From a bacterium (GTDB taxonomy: Bacteria; Krumholzibacteriota; Krumholzibacteriia; G020349025), in assembly GCA_031362565.1 (NCBI GenBank), contig JANLSU010000039.1:1-64000 (forward strand): a stretch of DNA of 64,000 bases, read 5' to 3'. The notes under the pieces are model-generated. The model was not told the DNA's origin and did no database searches. It saw nothing but the letters and a program-made list of their open reading frames with translations. Position numbers and translations under genes: made by a program. Positions 36,257-49,633 of the stretch are shown here, piece by piece (the first letter of the stretch is position 1; each line of letters starts with the position of its first letter).

Positions 36257-38808
36257 CCCAATCCTTGGCGCGGCGAATGAATTTCGAACCACTCGCGGAC
36301 CGATTCGACGAGGGTCTCCGAATCCGCGAAGACCACCGGTTCGACCGGCAGGGCGCGGCGGAATGCGGCGCCGTAATTGCGCTCGCCGAGCCGCGAATCG
36401 AGCAACAGCACGACGCCCCGGTCGTGACGCGAACGCACCAGCCGGCCGAAGCCCTGCCGAAAACGCAGCACGGCATCCGGCAAGAGATAGGCGCCGAAAG
36501 GACTCTCGCCGCGCGCTTTCAGGCGTTCGCAACGGGCCTCGACAATGGGTTCATCCGGCACCAAGAACGGCAGCTTGCCGATGGCCAGCACTTCGAGCGC
36601 ATCGCCCGGGAAATCGACGCCTTCCCAGAAGCTCGCGGTGCCGAGCAAGATGGCGCCGGGTGTCGCGACGAAGCGTGCCGCCACCGTTTCGCGGCTGCCG
36701 GAGACTTCCTGCGCCAAGAGCGGCGCGTGCGGCCCGAGCCGCCGCAAGAGTTGCGAGTAGAGCTTGCGAACCGTGGCATGCGCGGTGAGCAAAACCAAAG
36801 TGCGGCGCCCGGTCGCGCCCAGAACTGCGGCGAGAAGCGCCGCCACCTCCACTTCGTAGGCGGGGTCGCCGTAGGCGGGCAAGTATTGCGCTTGGGCGAC
36901 GAAACACTGGGACGGGTAGTCGAAGGGCGACGGCACGACGAGCTGCCGCGTCGTACCCGGCAATCCGACCCGCTCGATAAAAGCGTCCAACGAGCCCTCG
37001 ATCGCCAGCGTCGCCGACGTGTACACCGCGCCGCCACCCGAGCCGAGTAACCGCCGCACCGCGGGCGCGACGTCGAGCGGTGAGGCCAAGACTTCCCGGA
37101 CGCGCGATCCGTCGAGGGCGACCGCGAACGCCCAGTCCTCGTCGTTGCCGGTGGTCACAAAGTCGAGCGCCGCCCGCAGTTCCCCGAGCAGCCCGTCCAA
37201 GACTTCGAGAACCGCGCTCGCCGCGTCGGCGGCGTCCGGTTCGGCACCGAGGGAGTGCTCTTGCTGCAGTTCGGCCGCCGTGCGCCGCGCCGCATCGAGT
37301 GCGAGGCCGCACCGCGCGACGGCCGCGCTGAGCGGCGCGAAGACTTCGTCGCCGTCACGATAGCGCTGGCGCGGCTTGCGGCCGGCGAGCGCCGGGATTT
37401 GCGCCTCGAGTTCGTCCAGCAGATCGAGGAGTGCGGTGCGCGCCGCCGCCACTTCCCGTGTCCAGGCGATAAAACGCGGCGCGAACTCGGCAGCGTTCGT
37501 CGGCCGCGCCGCAAGCCGGCCGAGCGGCGCGACGAGCGCATCGGCCTGGGAGCGGCCGAGCCGGACCGACAAGTGTTCGGTCGCCACGGCGTCCAACTGG
37601 TGTGCTTCGTCGACGACGAGTCCGTCGGTGCGCCCGAGGATGCCGCCCTCGGCAAGCGCATCGGAGAACAGCAACGCATGATTGACGACCACGAGATCGG
37701 CGCGCCGCGCGGCGTCACGCGCCACGTACACCGGGCACGGGTGATCGCCACGGCAGGATGGACCCCGGCACGTTTCGCGCCGGGCGGCGATTTCGCGCCG
37801 CACTCGCGCCTCGACGAAGGGCGCAATCTCGACCAGTTCACCGCCCGGACTCGACAGCGACCACATCAAGACCTGGGCGAGCTCGAAACTGCCCTCCGTG
37901 CTCGCCGCGGTGCGCGCCGCCCGCGTCAATGCCGCGCGGCAGAAATAGTTTTCGCGCCCCAGGAGCTTCGCGAACTGCAGTCCCGTCCCACCATCCGGCC
38001 GCAGATAGCTCTCGAGCGCAAAAGCCGCCCACAGTTCCGGCAGGTCGCGCGCCACGAGTTGGTGCTGCAGATTGCGGGTGTGCGTCGAGAGCACGATGCG
38101 GTCGCCACGCCCGGCGGCCAGCAACATCGCGGGCAGCGCATAGGCGATGGTCTTGCCGACGCCGGTTCCGGCCTCGACGACGAGGTCGTGTTTCGCGAGC
38201 AACGCATCCAACACCGAGTGCGCCATCTCGACCTGCTCGGGCCGCGGCTCGAAGGGCCGGTCGGACGCTGCACGCCGCCAGGCGTAGAGATGTAAGAAGG
38301 CGCGGTCGAGGAGTTCATGCGGCGCGACATCCGGCCAGTCGAACACCGGGGTGTCGGCAACTGGCGCGGTCGCTGGAGCGAGAACCAACGCCCCGGGACG
38401 CCCGCCGCGCATCGCCGCCATCGCCATCTCGGCGAGGGCGCGGTTCAGAAGCGTGCCGAGCGGCGCATCACCGGGCGGCATGAGTTGCGCCGCGACGCGC
38501 AACACTTCGCCATTCGGGGCGAGCCGCCTGACGGCCCGCACGTAGCTCGCGCCGATCTCGTGGCCCGATTTCCCGCCGCCGGTTTCCGCCGGCGCGATGA
38601 GCGCCATCACCCGGTCGGCGTGCACGCACAGCGCACCCGTCGTCTGCCACGTCCCCAGCGCCGCGCGATCGAGACCACGGTGCAAAACGAGCCGCGCGCC
38701 CGGGCGCGGCCCGGCGGCCGCGACACCCGCTTCGAAATGACACACCTCGACGCCATCGGCATCCTGCCGCACGACCACGAAGTCGAGCGGCAAGAGCATC
38801 GTTTGCAT
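36235..38808 (-). CDS. dinG: DinG/YoaA-family Fe-S ATP-dependent DNA helicase with an N-terminal extension
   Basis: Q motif RPEQ, Walker A EAGTGVGKT, four Cys (YFC, C.GPSC.GDHPC), DEAH, TSATL, SFWEGVD, KLPF, QGFGRL.R...DRG. Confidence 0.88.
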   Translation of the reverse strand: MQTMLLPLDFVVVRQDADGVEVCHFEAGVAAAGPRPGARLVLHRGLDRAALGTWQTTGALCVHADRVMALIAPAETGGGKSGHEIGASYVRAVRRLAPNGEVLRVAAQLMPPGDAPLGTLLNRALAEMAMAAMRGGRPGALVLAPATAPVADTPVFDWPDVAPHELLDRAFLHLYAWRRAASDRPFEPRPEQVEMAHSVLDALLAKHDLVVEAGTGVGKTIAYALPAMLLAAGRGDRIVLSTHTRNLQHQLVARDLPELWAAFALESYLRPDGGTGLQFAKLLGRENYFCRAALTRAARTAASTEGSFELAQVLMWSLSSPGGELVEIAPFVEARVRREIAARRETCRGPSCRGDHPCPVYVARDAARRADLVVVNHALLFSDALAEGGILGRTDGLVVDEAHQLDAVATEHLSVRLGRSQADALVAPLGRLAARPTNAAEFAPRFIAWTREVAAARTALLDLLDELEAQIPALAGRKPRQRYRDGDEVFAPLSAAVARCGLALDAARRTAAELQQEHSLGAEPDAADAASAVLEVLDGLLGELRAALDFVTTGNDEDWAFAVALDGSRVREVLASPLDVAPAVRRLLGSGGGAVYTSATLAIEGSLDAFIERVGLPGTTRQLVVPSPFDYPSQCFVAQAQYLPAYGDPAYEVEVAALLAAVLGATGRRTLVLLTAHATVRKLYSQLLRRLGPHAPLLAQEVSGSRETVAARFVATPGAILLGTASFWEGVDFPGDALEVLAIGKLPFLVPDEPIVEARCERLKARGESPFGAYLLPDAVLRFRQGFGRLVRSRHDRGVVLLLDSRLGERNYGAAFRRALPVEPVVFADSETLVESVREWFEIHSPRQGLGCETHPV

Positions 38809-38828
38809 GGGGTGCCGCCCGGCCACGT

Positions 38829-42087
<3,259 letters not shown>

Positions 42088-42100
42088 TAGACTCGGGTGC

Positions 42101-43321
42101 ATGACGCCCACGGCGACGAAATCAACCGCCTCGATCCCGGTCCAAGCCGCGCGCCGGCTGTTCTTGCACGCTCAAGGCATGCTCGACGATCCGGCGCGAC
42201 GCGCCACGCCCGCCAGCGTCTATGCCCTCATCGAGCGCATGGGATTCGTGCAGATCGATTCCATCCGGATCGTCGAACGCGCCCATCATCTGACCCTCGC
42301 CGCCCGGCTCGACGGCTACCGGCCGGCGATGCTAACCCGGCTCCTCGAACGCGACCGGCGCCTCTTCGAACATTGGACGCACGATGCCGCGGTGATTCCA
42401 ACCGTGTGGTTCGCGCATTGGCGGCAGCGCTTCGCGCGCTATCACGGCGTCATCGGGCGGCATAAATGGTGGCGCGAGCGTCTCGGCCCGGACAAGGAGC
42501 GGATCGTGGCCCAGGTCCTCGACCGGATCCGCGCCGAAGGGCCGCTGCAGGCGAAGGATTTCGAACCGGAGACACCACGCGGCGCGAGTGGCGGCTGGTG
42601 GGGTTGGACGCCCGAGAAAGCGGCGCTCGAGTTCCTGTGGCACACGGGCCAACTGGCCATCGCGCGGCGCGTTCAGTTCCAGAAGGTCTACGATTTGACC
42701 GAACGTGTCTTTCCCCAAGCCTTGCTGGCCGCCGCACCCGACGCGCGCGCCCTCGAGGATTGGATGTGCGGCGAAGCGCTGGCGCGCCTCGGCGTCGCGA
42801 CGGCGCGCGAGATTGCGGCGTACTGGGGCATGGTGTCGCTGCCGGAAGCGAAGGTGTGGTGCGAAGCGGCTGCCGGCCAGGGCGCGATTGTACCGGTCGG
42901 CGTCGAAACGGCGGATGGCAGCCGGCCGTTTCCAGCCTGGGCCGGCGCCGATTGGCAACGGCGCGTCGCGCGCCTACCCGAGGCGCCGGAGCGGCTTCGC
43001 GTCCTCTGCCCATTCGATCCCGTCGTGCGCGACCGGGCCCGCACCCGCCGTCTCTTCGGATACGACTACGCCTTCGAAGCCTTCACGCCCGCCGCCAAGC
43101 GCCAATATGGTTACTACGTGCTGCCGCTCTTCGAAGGTGAACGATTCGTCGGCCGCGCCGACGCGGCGCGCGAGAGCGAGCAACTGCTCGTGCGCCGTGT
43201 CTGGTGGGAGCCCGGCGTGCGGCCGACCACGGCTCGCAAGCGCGCCTTGCAGCAAGCCTTCGAACGTCTCGCAACCTCCGTCGACCTGGACACCGTCGTC
43301 GTGCCACGCGCCGCACGCTAG
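42101..43321 (+). CDS. ycaQ: YcaQ/AlkZ-family (HTH_42) interstrand-crosslink DNA glycosylase
   Basis: Catalytic QxD in FVQIDSI..VER.H; FEHWTHDA; K.YDL.ER; L.PFDP....R.R...LFG..Y..E.F.P..KR.YGYY.LP. Confidence 0.88.
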   Translation: MTPTATKSTASIPVQAARRLFLHAQGMLDDPARRATPASVYALIERMGFVQIDSIRIVERAHHLTLAARLDGYRPAMLTRLLERDRRLFEHWTHDAAVIPTVWFAHWRQRFARYHGVIGRHKWWRERLGPDKERIVAQVLDRIRAEGPLQAKDFEPETPRGASGGWWGWTPEKAALEFLWHTGQLAIARRVQFQKVYDLTERVFPQALLAAAPDARALEDWMCGEALARLGVATAREIAAYWGMVSLPEAKVWCEAAAGQGAIVPVGVETADGSRPFPAWAGADWQRRVARLPEAPERLRVLCPFDPVVRDRARTRRLFGYDYAFEAFTPAAKRQYGYYVLPLFEGERFVGRADAARESEQLLVRRVWWEPGVRPTTARKRALQQAFERLATSVDLDTVVVPRAAR

Positions 43322-43379
43322 CATTCCGAAGGACTGGCGGAGTGCGGTCGATGCGCATCGGACGATGCGGCGCTGGAGT

Positions 43380-45218
43380 TCAGAAGCGCTGTTGGAAGGC
43401 GACGTGGACTTTGGTCGACGAGAAACTGTGCTCCTCGCCGATGCCGAACGAGACGTCGAGGGCGCCGGTCGCGACTTGCGCGCGCATGCCGACCCCGGTT
43501 CCTACATGGGCGCTTTCGTCGCGTGGCGCGGCCCGCACCCGGCGGCGTAACGCACCGGCATCCAGGAAGGCGTACAACTGCGCCACGCGCCGGTCGCCGT
43601 AGCGATATTCGAGGCCGCCATAGGCCACCTGGTCGCCGCGGAACTGCGCTTCGCGATAGCCTCGCAAGGTGCGCGCGCCGCCGAACTCGAAAAGTTCGCT
43701 GACCGGCACTTCGGCCTCGTCGCTCGTCAACGCGTGCCATTCACCACGCGCTGCGATGACGTGGCGCAGCGCGAGTGGCAGGCCGGCTTCGAACCGCCCG
43801 CCCCAGATCGTTTGGCGGACGCGATCGTGATCGGCGCCGGCCGGTGAACGCAGGTCGTTGCGCCGGTGCGCGGTTTCGGCACGCACTTCGAAGGTGCCGA
43901 ACCGGCCGCCATCCTCTTCACGCCCCAGACTCGTGAAACGCAGGCCGACGTTGCCCCGCCATCGCAGCGTGTTGCCCGTGACGCCGGCACTTGCTCCGCC
44001 GCCGGCGGCAATCGTCGGATGGAACACCGAGCGGTCGAGGGCTCCGCCTGCGGTGAGCGCGAGGTTGCGATTCAACGGCCACTCGGCCGCGAATCCCGCC
44101 GTCTGCCATGTCGAGGTCGAGTCGCGCTCGGTTTGCGACAAATCGACACCCAGGTCGAGCGGCAGGCCGAACCAGAAGCGCTCGCGATAGGCGACCGCGA
44201 GCCGGCTGCCGATGAGCCCATCGCGCTTCCATGCAAGATCGATATCGCGCCCACTGCCGACCAGATTGCGGAGCGCGAGCTCGACACTGCCGGTCAAGTA
44301 CGGCCGGTCGCGGCGCGGGTCGCGGGCGACGCCCACCGCTCCGAAGGCGCTGTTGCGCCGCGGCGCTTCGACAACGCGCAAGAGCACGCCGACATCATTG
44401 CCTTGAATCCGATAGATCCGCGGTGGCTCGACGGACGCGAACAAGCCGCTCCGTCGCAAGAGCGCCGGCGCGTCGCGAATCTGCCGAATGTCCGCCGCCC
44501 GCGGTGTCGCGAGCCCCGCGAGCCGCTCGACAAGGGCGGCACGCGACAGCGTGTTGCCCTGCACCTGCACCTCGGCGAGCCGGCTCGTTTCGCCCTCACT
44601 GATGGCGATCCCGGCGATGACGCCCGCGGGGCCGACCTCCCAGCGTTCGAGCACCGCTTCGGCGTCCAAATAGCCGCGGCGCGCATACTCCTCGACGAGT
44701 CCCACGAGCCGCGCTTCGACGTCGGCCGGACGCGCGATCGTGCCGGCCGGGAGCGCGAGGATTTCGCGCCCGACGGTTTCCGGGAGCGCGCGGCTGCCGC
44801 GCATGAACAATTGCGCCAGGCGCGTCTCGTGGCCCTCATCGATGCGAATGCGCAAGGTGTCGCCGCCCGCCGGCTCGAGGTCGAACGTCGCACCGAAAAA
44901 CCCGCGTTCGGTGTAGAGCGCGGCGAGCCGGCGGGCCGGCGCTTCCAGACTGTCGCGCGCCACGGACGCGCCCACGGCGTCGCGAATTGCCGCCGCGTCG
45001 ACGTGACGCGCGCCACGCACATCGAGCCTGGTGAACGGCGCGGCGGCGAGCGGCGGCGCGGCGGCGGCGGGAAGCTCCGTCCCGAACGCCGGCACGGTGC
45101 TCTGGCAACCAACGGCGAGCACCGCAGCGATCATCCGGCGGCGCGTCTCGCCCCCGACCCACGGCACCAAGCGCCGCCACTTTTGCCATGCACGCCGGCG
45201 CGGTTCAGAAGATCGCAC
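43380..45218 (-). CDS. Omp85 (BamA/TamA family) outer membrane protein
   Basis: POTRA-like repeats (Y.ERGF, Y.RRGY..A, L.RSGLF..V), GG.RTLRGY lid motif, C-terminal beta strand ending in F. Start could instead be ATG 45134. Confidence 0.85.
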   Translation of the reverse strand: MRSSEPRRRAWQKWRRLVPWVGGETRRRMIAAVLAVGCQSTVPAFGTELPAAAAPPLAAAPFTRLDVRGARHVDAAAIRDAVGASVARDSLEAPARRLAALYTERGFFGATFDLEPAGGDTLRIRIDEGHETRLAQLFMRGSRALPETVGREILALPAGTIARPADVEARLVGLVEEYARRGYLDAEAVLERWEVGPAGVIAGIAISEGETSRLAEVQVQGNTLSRAALVERLAGLATPRAADIRQIRDAPALLRRSGLFASVEPPRIYRIQGNDVGVLLRVVEAPRRNSAFGAVGVARDPRRDRPYLTGSVELALRNLVGSGRDIDLAWKRDGLIGSRLAVAYRERFWFGLPLDLGVDLSQTERDSTSTWQTAGFAAEWPLNRNLALTAGGALDRSVFHPTIAAGGGASAGVTGNTLRWRGNVGLRFTSLGREEDGGRFGTFEVRAETAHRRNDLRSPAGADHDRVRQTIWGGRFEAGLPLALRHVIAARGEWHALTSDEAEVPVSELFEFGGARTLRGYREAQFRGDQVAYGGLEYRYGDRRVAQLYAFLDAGALRRRVRAAPRDESAHVGTGVGMRAQVATGALDVSFGIGEEHSFSSTKVHVAFQQRF

Positions 45219-48200
45219 GCGTCTCCGCTTTTACATCCCAAGTCGAGCGGCCGTCGGTATTGCGCACGCCGCTGTAGGACAAGTTGAGATTCAGATTCTG
45301 CCCGAGCCGGTAACTCCCCGACAGCGACCCGCTCGTCTTGGTGCCGGGTGCGTCGAAAAAGAACGGCGGCAGCACGTCCGGGGGTTTGTGCTCGACCACA
45401 TGCGTCGCCGCGAGACTCGCAAAGAGCCGCAAGTTGCGGAGCGGCGCGATCGTTGCAGACGGCGTCCAGGTGACGAGTTGTTGACGCGTCGTCGAGATGG
45501 CGTCATGTTGCGCCGTCCACTCGACGTCGAATTGCAGACGCTCGCTCGCCGACAAGCGATAACCAATCCGCCCGGCCAAAGCGCCGAACCGGACGTCGTG
45601 CGACCCCGACGACGACCGCCCGGGCACGACACCGTCGAGCGCGCCGCGGCGGGCACGCGACCCCAAACCGCTTTCCGCCCCTACGGACCAACGCTGCACG
45701 CCGGTCCGGTCCCAACGCAGAGTGCCCGACGATTGCCGCGTCCGAACGCCGGCGCCGGTGAAACGCCCGTCCAGTTCCTTCTCGGCTTCGAGACGCAGCT
45801 TCAGAGCGTCGCGCGATGCACCGCTCAGGAAGGACCATTCTTGGCGGGCATTGAACGACCCGAACACCGTGGCACCGGTTTGATACGCCGACGGCACCAA
45901 GAGGTAGAGGTCGCGGCGGTGATCCGAGCGCGATTGTTCTTTCACGCCGAGCGTTTGCAACAACGATACGTTGCGCCGGAACCAGCCCGGACTGGAATCG
46001 GGTGCGGCACTCGACAGCGTCGTGAAGCCACCGAGTTCGAGCCGCCAGGTTGCCTCCACGGAACCGACGTTCTCCGGATCGCCGCTGAAGCGAAAGACCT
46101 TGTCGAACAGGCCTTGGTCCTTGCCGACGGCGTGGCCTTCGGCGTCGTAGTCGCCGTGACCGTCGGGTGCCAGGACCAGCACTTGCTGCAACGTGCGCAC
46201 TGCTTCCTCGCCGATTTCATAGCGCCATTCGGTGCGCACCGCCGTGTGGCGCGGATTCCAGCTCAACACCGCCCGCGCCAAGTCGGAGCGCGTTGCAGCA
46301 CTTGCATCGCCGCCACGCGGCTCGTTCGTGCGGCGTGACACCCCCAGTTCGGCGCCGAATCCGAGGCTCGGGCGCGCCAGCATTTCGAGCCCCCAGGTAT
46401 CGTTGCGCCGCGCTTCTGCCCATTCGCCCAGACCCGCGGCGCGTTCCGTTCCGGGCCGGCGCGCATCGGTGTCGCGCCGGCCGAATTCCACCGCGGCGGT
46501 GGTGCGGTGGGTTTCGCGGAGCGCGATCCGCAGGCGTGTGTCGAGGTAACGGTAGCTCGAACGCGCGAATGAATCGGCGTCGGCGCGCACGAACTCGTCG
46601 CGCTCGACGTGCAGCTCGGGGACCACCGGGCCAAGCCCGAAACGCCCTGCCGCCTGGCGCAGTCCACGCGTCCGGCCGGCATCCGCGCCGAGCCCTGGAC
46701 GCGCCGTGTCGAGTCCTTGCCAGCGGAATTCGGCGCTGCGTTCGGCGTGCCCCAACCCCAGATCGAGTTGCAAGCGGTCGGTGCGCAGGTCGGCTCGCCG
46801 GTCGAGCCGGCCGGCGTTGGCGTCGATGCGTAGGCGGTTCGCGGCCGCCGCCCAGTGCAGCGTTGTCTCCGTGATGCGCTCGGTATCGCGCAGTGAATCG
46901 CTCTCGGCGTTCCAGTCCTTGTAGTAGAACGCCGGGCGGCCGCGATCCGGGGAGCGAAAGCGCGCCGAGCGTTCCGCCCAGTGGGCGGCGAGGGCCACGC
47001 TCCCGGCGCGTCCGAGCGAGCGGGCGCCGGAATCGCCGCTGATTTCGAGTGCCTCACCGCGGTTGTCGTCATCGTCGCGGCTCGAAAATTGATTCGCATC
47101 GAAATCCGAGAGCGACGCTTCGGCGCGGAGGTGGGCACCCTTCCATGGCGCCGTTTCGATGTCGCCGGTGACCAAGCGCTGCCGGCCCGCCGGTGTGAGA
47201 CGGCGGCCAATCGCGAAGTCACCGTGCGCCGCGCCGACGAAGCGGAAAATTCGCCGCCCCGACAGCGCGTCCAAGCTGTCGTCGTAGGCACCGCGCGACG
47301 GACCAGCCTCGTAGAAATCGACCTCGAGATCGCCCGTCACCGGGTCAAAGCGGACGATCGTCGAATCGATGCCATCGCGCCGGTACGAACCGTGCCCGGC
47401 GCCGACGACACGAATTCCGGCGGCGATGGCGCCACCATCACCGGCGGCCGTGAGCGCGGCGATTTCCTCCGGCCCATAGGCGCCGCCCACCGGCTTGTTG
47501 CGCACATCGCCATCGTCGAGCGCGAATCCCCGCCAACGCCACGCCGCCGCGCCGCCTTCGACGCGCGCGCTCTTTGTCTCGCGCCGATACCGTTGGTTCG
47601 CGACTTGGAAGTCGACGCCGATTTCGGTGTCGGCGGTCATGCGCCGGTGGCTCGTGAACCGCACTTCGCCGCGGTCGTAGTCGATGACGTAGTCCTGGTT
47701 CTCGCCGCGGCGTTGGAGCGCGCCGTCGACGTAGACGCGTTCACTGCCTGGGACCAGGGTCGAAAACTCGAGCCGGCGCACCGACAACAATTCGTACGGG
47801 CCTTGCTTGCCTTCCGTGCCGCGGAAGGTGGCGGTGGCGAATTCGCCACGCGCCAGGCCGGCGCCGAGCGCCAGAGTCTCGTTGCCGAAATGCAGCCGCA
47901 ATTCACCGCCGCGCAGGTCGCGCCGCACCGCGGTGAGATCGCCGGGGCGCTCGAGCGTGTAGTCGCCCAACACTCCGCCCACGACCGGACCCTGCACTTC
48001 GATGAACACCTTGCTCAAGTCGCCCAGTTCCTCGGTGTTGCCTTCGGGGAGCACCGGCAAATTGTCGTCGGCCAACACCGCGTTCACACGCAGGCCTTCC
48101 CCCAAGTCACCCGCCGCCTCGACGCGCAGGGATTGATCGATCGTCGCATCGCGATTGCGTCCCAGCGAGACGCCGATCGTCTTGGAGCCCGACAAACGCA

Positions 48201-48663
48201 ACGTCGGTGGGAGCGTGAGATCGCCGCGTGCCGGCGCGCCGGGCGTGGCGGCGGCCGGCGTGGTGCCGGCGGACGGCGTGCCGGGCGTCGCGAGTGCTTC
48301 GGCGCGCGGCACGATGTCGACGGCGCGAAAACGCTGGCGAGCCGGCGCCGGCAAGTACGCGTACGACACGTCGAGCACCAGGAGTGATTCGGCCGGGGCG
48401 AGCAGGAACAGCATGCCGCGCGCCGGGTCGATGCCATAGTCGCGATTGCGCACCAAGAGCGAATCGCCGCGGTGCACGGCGTCGCTGCCCTCTTGCAAGA
48501 ACGCGTGCGCCAGCGCGTGGCGCGCCTCACGCGGCGCGAAGCGCAGCGTTTCGTGGTTGTGGAAAAGCGTGTTCCACCCGACCGCGCCCGCGGCAGCGGC
48601 GGCGGCCGGCAGAAGCGCGTGGGCGGCACAAACGAAACCCAGGAGGAGACGCCGCACGCTCAC
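45205..48663 (-). CDS. Large (about 1150 aa) exported beta-barrel protein with a SprA-like internal motif
   Basis: Signal peptide; SGSKT.GV, LAD.N.P..PEGNT..L, GSE.VYVDG....RG...DY.IDY..GE..F; amphipathic strands; C-terminal F; GTGA overlap with the NHL gene. Confidence 0.65.
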   Translation of the reverse strand: MSVRRLLLGFVCAAHALLPAAAAAAGAVGWNTLFHNHETLRFAPREARHALAHAFLQEGSDAVHRGDSLLVRNRDYGIDPARGMLFLLAPAESLLVLDVSYAYLPAPARQRFRAVDIVPRAEALATPGTPSAGTTPAAATPGAPARGDLTLPPTLRLSGSKTIGVSLGRNRDATIDQSLRVEAAGDLGEGLRVNAVLADDNLPVLPEGNTEELGDLSKVFIEVQGPVVGGVLGDYTLERPGDLTAVRRDLRGGELRLHFGNETLALGAGLARGEFATATFRGTEGKQGPYELLSVRRLEFSTLVPGSERVYVDGALQRRGENQDYVIDYDRGEVRFTSHRRMTADTEIGVDFQVANQRYRRETKSARVEGGAAAWRWRGFALDDGDVRNKPVGGAYGPEEIAALTAAGDGGAIAAGIRVVGAGHGSYRRDGIDSTIVRFDPVTGDLEVDFYEAGPSRGAYDDSLDALSGRRIFRFVGAAHGDFAIGRRLTPAGRQRLVTGDIETAPWKGAHLRAEASLSDFDANQFSSRDDDDNRGEALEISGDSGARSLGRAGSVALAAHWAERSARFRSPDRGRPAFYYKDWNAESDSLRDTERITETTLHWAAAANRLRIDANAGRLDRRADLRTDRLQLDLGLGHAERSAEFRWQGLDTARPGLGADAGRTRGLRQAAGRFGLGPVVPELHVERDEFVRADADSFARSSYRYLDTRLRIALRETHRTTAAVEFGRRDTDARRPGTERAAGLGEWAEARRNDTWGLEMLARPSLGFGAELGVSRRTNEPRGGDASAATRSDLARAVLSWNPRHTAVRTEWRYEIGEEAVRTLQQVLVLAPDGHGDYDAEGHAVGKDQGLFDKVFRFSGDPENVGSVEATWRLELGGFTTLSSAAPDSSPGWFRRNVSLLQTLGVKEQSRSDHRRDLYLLVPSAYQTGATVFGSFNARQEWSFLSGASRDALKLRLEAEKELDGRFTGAGVRTRQSSGTLRWDRTGVQRWSVGAESGLGSRARRGALDGVVPGRSSSGSHDVRFGALAGRIGYRLSASERLQFDVEWTAQHDAISTTRQQLVTWTPSATIAPLRNLRLFASLAATHVVEHKPPDVLPPFFFDAPGTKTSGSLSGSYRLGQNLNLNLSYSGVRNTDGRSTWDVKAETRAIF

Positions 48664-49619
48664 TTCCGTTCGTCGGCCGCGCGCTCGACGCGCAGGCGTG
48701 CGAGCGCCGGCGGCGAGCCTTCGAGCACCCACGCCGTGTCTCCGACCACGGTGACGTCCACCGGGCTCTGCGGGCCCAGCTTGAGTTCGTCGCGCACGCC
48801 GCCCGCCGGGCCCAGGAGCCAGACCGATCGCCGGCCGGCATCGGCAACGAACAGCTCGCCGGTCGGACCCACGGCCAGGCCACGCGGCTCACCGAGCGAA
48901 TCACTGAAGGCGCCCGCGAAGTTTCCGACCGCCGTGAAACGTTGCAGGCGCGAGTTCCCGGTATCGGTGACGTAGAACGATCCGTCGGGCGCGAACGCCA
49001 CGCCGAGCGGCCGCGACAATTCACCGGGACGGGTGCCGAAGCCGCCGACCACGGTCTCGGTGCCCTGCGAGGCGTCGAAGAGCCGCACCTGGTGCCGCGA
49101 CGTTTGCGCCACGAGCACCCGCCCGAGACGGTCGACGGCAAGAGCACGCGGTGTCTCGACGCCGTCGGCGCGGAAGCTGCGCAAGACATCCAGGAATCCA
49201 CCCTCGTCGCCGAAGCGCAGGAGGGCGTTCGATTGGGCGTCCAAAACATAGACGCGGAATCCAGTCACTTCGAGATCGACTGGTTGAAGTGCCGCAACGT
49301 TGGGTGGGTTTTCGAATTCGTACCGCACCTGGCCGTCTGCACCGACGCGGAGCACCGTACCGCGCCCTACGTCGGCGATGAACAGCCGGCCCAGAGGTCC
49401 GGCGGCGATGGCGACCGGTTGGATGAAATCGCGCCCCGCGAGCAGGACAACCGACTCGAGGCGCAGCCGAGTTGCGGGCGGAACGTCGGCTTGGGCCGCG
49501 GCGCTCGCCGCGCCGCCCAAAGACCCCAAGAGCAGGAGGCACGCCAGACGCGCGCGACGACCACGGAGGATCGCAACACCGGCAGGAAAGCGCGGGAAAA
49601 ACCGCCGCGAACGCCGCAT
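48660..49619 (-). CDS. Exported NHL-repeat beta-propeller protein
   Basis: Repeats of P..[IL]A....G...[IV]AD, GG.G..PG.L..P.GVA, YVTDTGNSR. Confidence 0.85.
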   Translation of the reverse strand: MRRSRRFFPRFPAGVAILRGRRARLACLLLLGSLGGAASAAAQADVPPATRLRLESVVLLAGRDFIQPVAIAAGPLGRLFIADVGRGTVLRVGADGQVRYEFENPPNVAALQPVDLEVTGFRVYVLDAQSNALLRFGDEGGFLDVLRSFRADGVETPRALAVDRLGRVLVAQTSRHQVRLFDASQGTETVVGGFGTRPGELSRPLGVAFAPDGSFYVTDTGNSRLQRFTAVGNFAGAFSDSLGEPRGLAVGPTGELFVADAGRRSVWLLGPAGGVRDELKLGPQSPVDVTVVGDTAWVLEGSPPALARLRVERAADERK

Positions 49620-49633
49620 GGCGGCGTCCCGGC

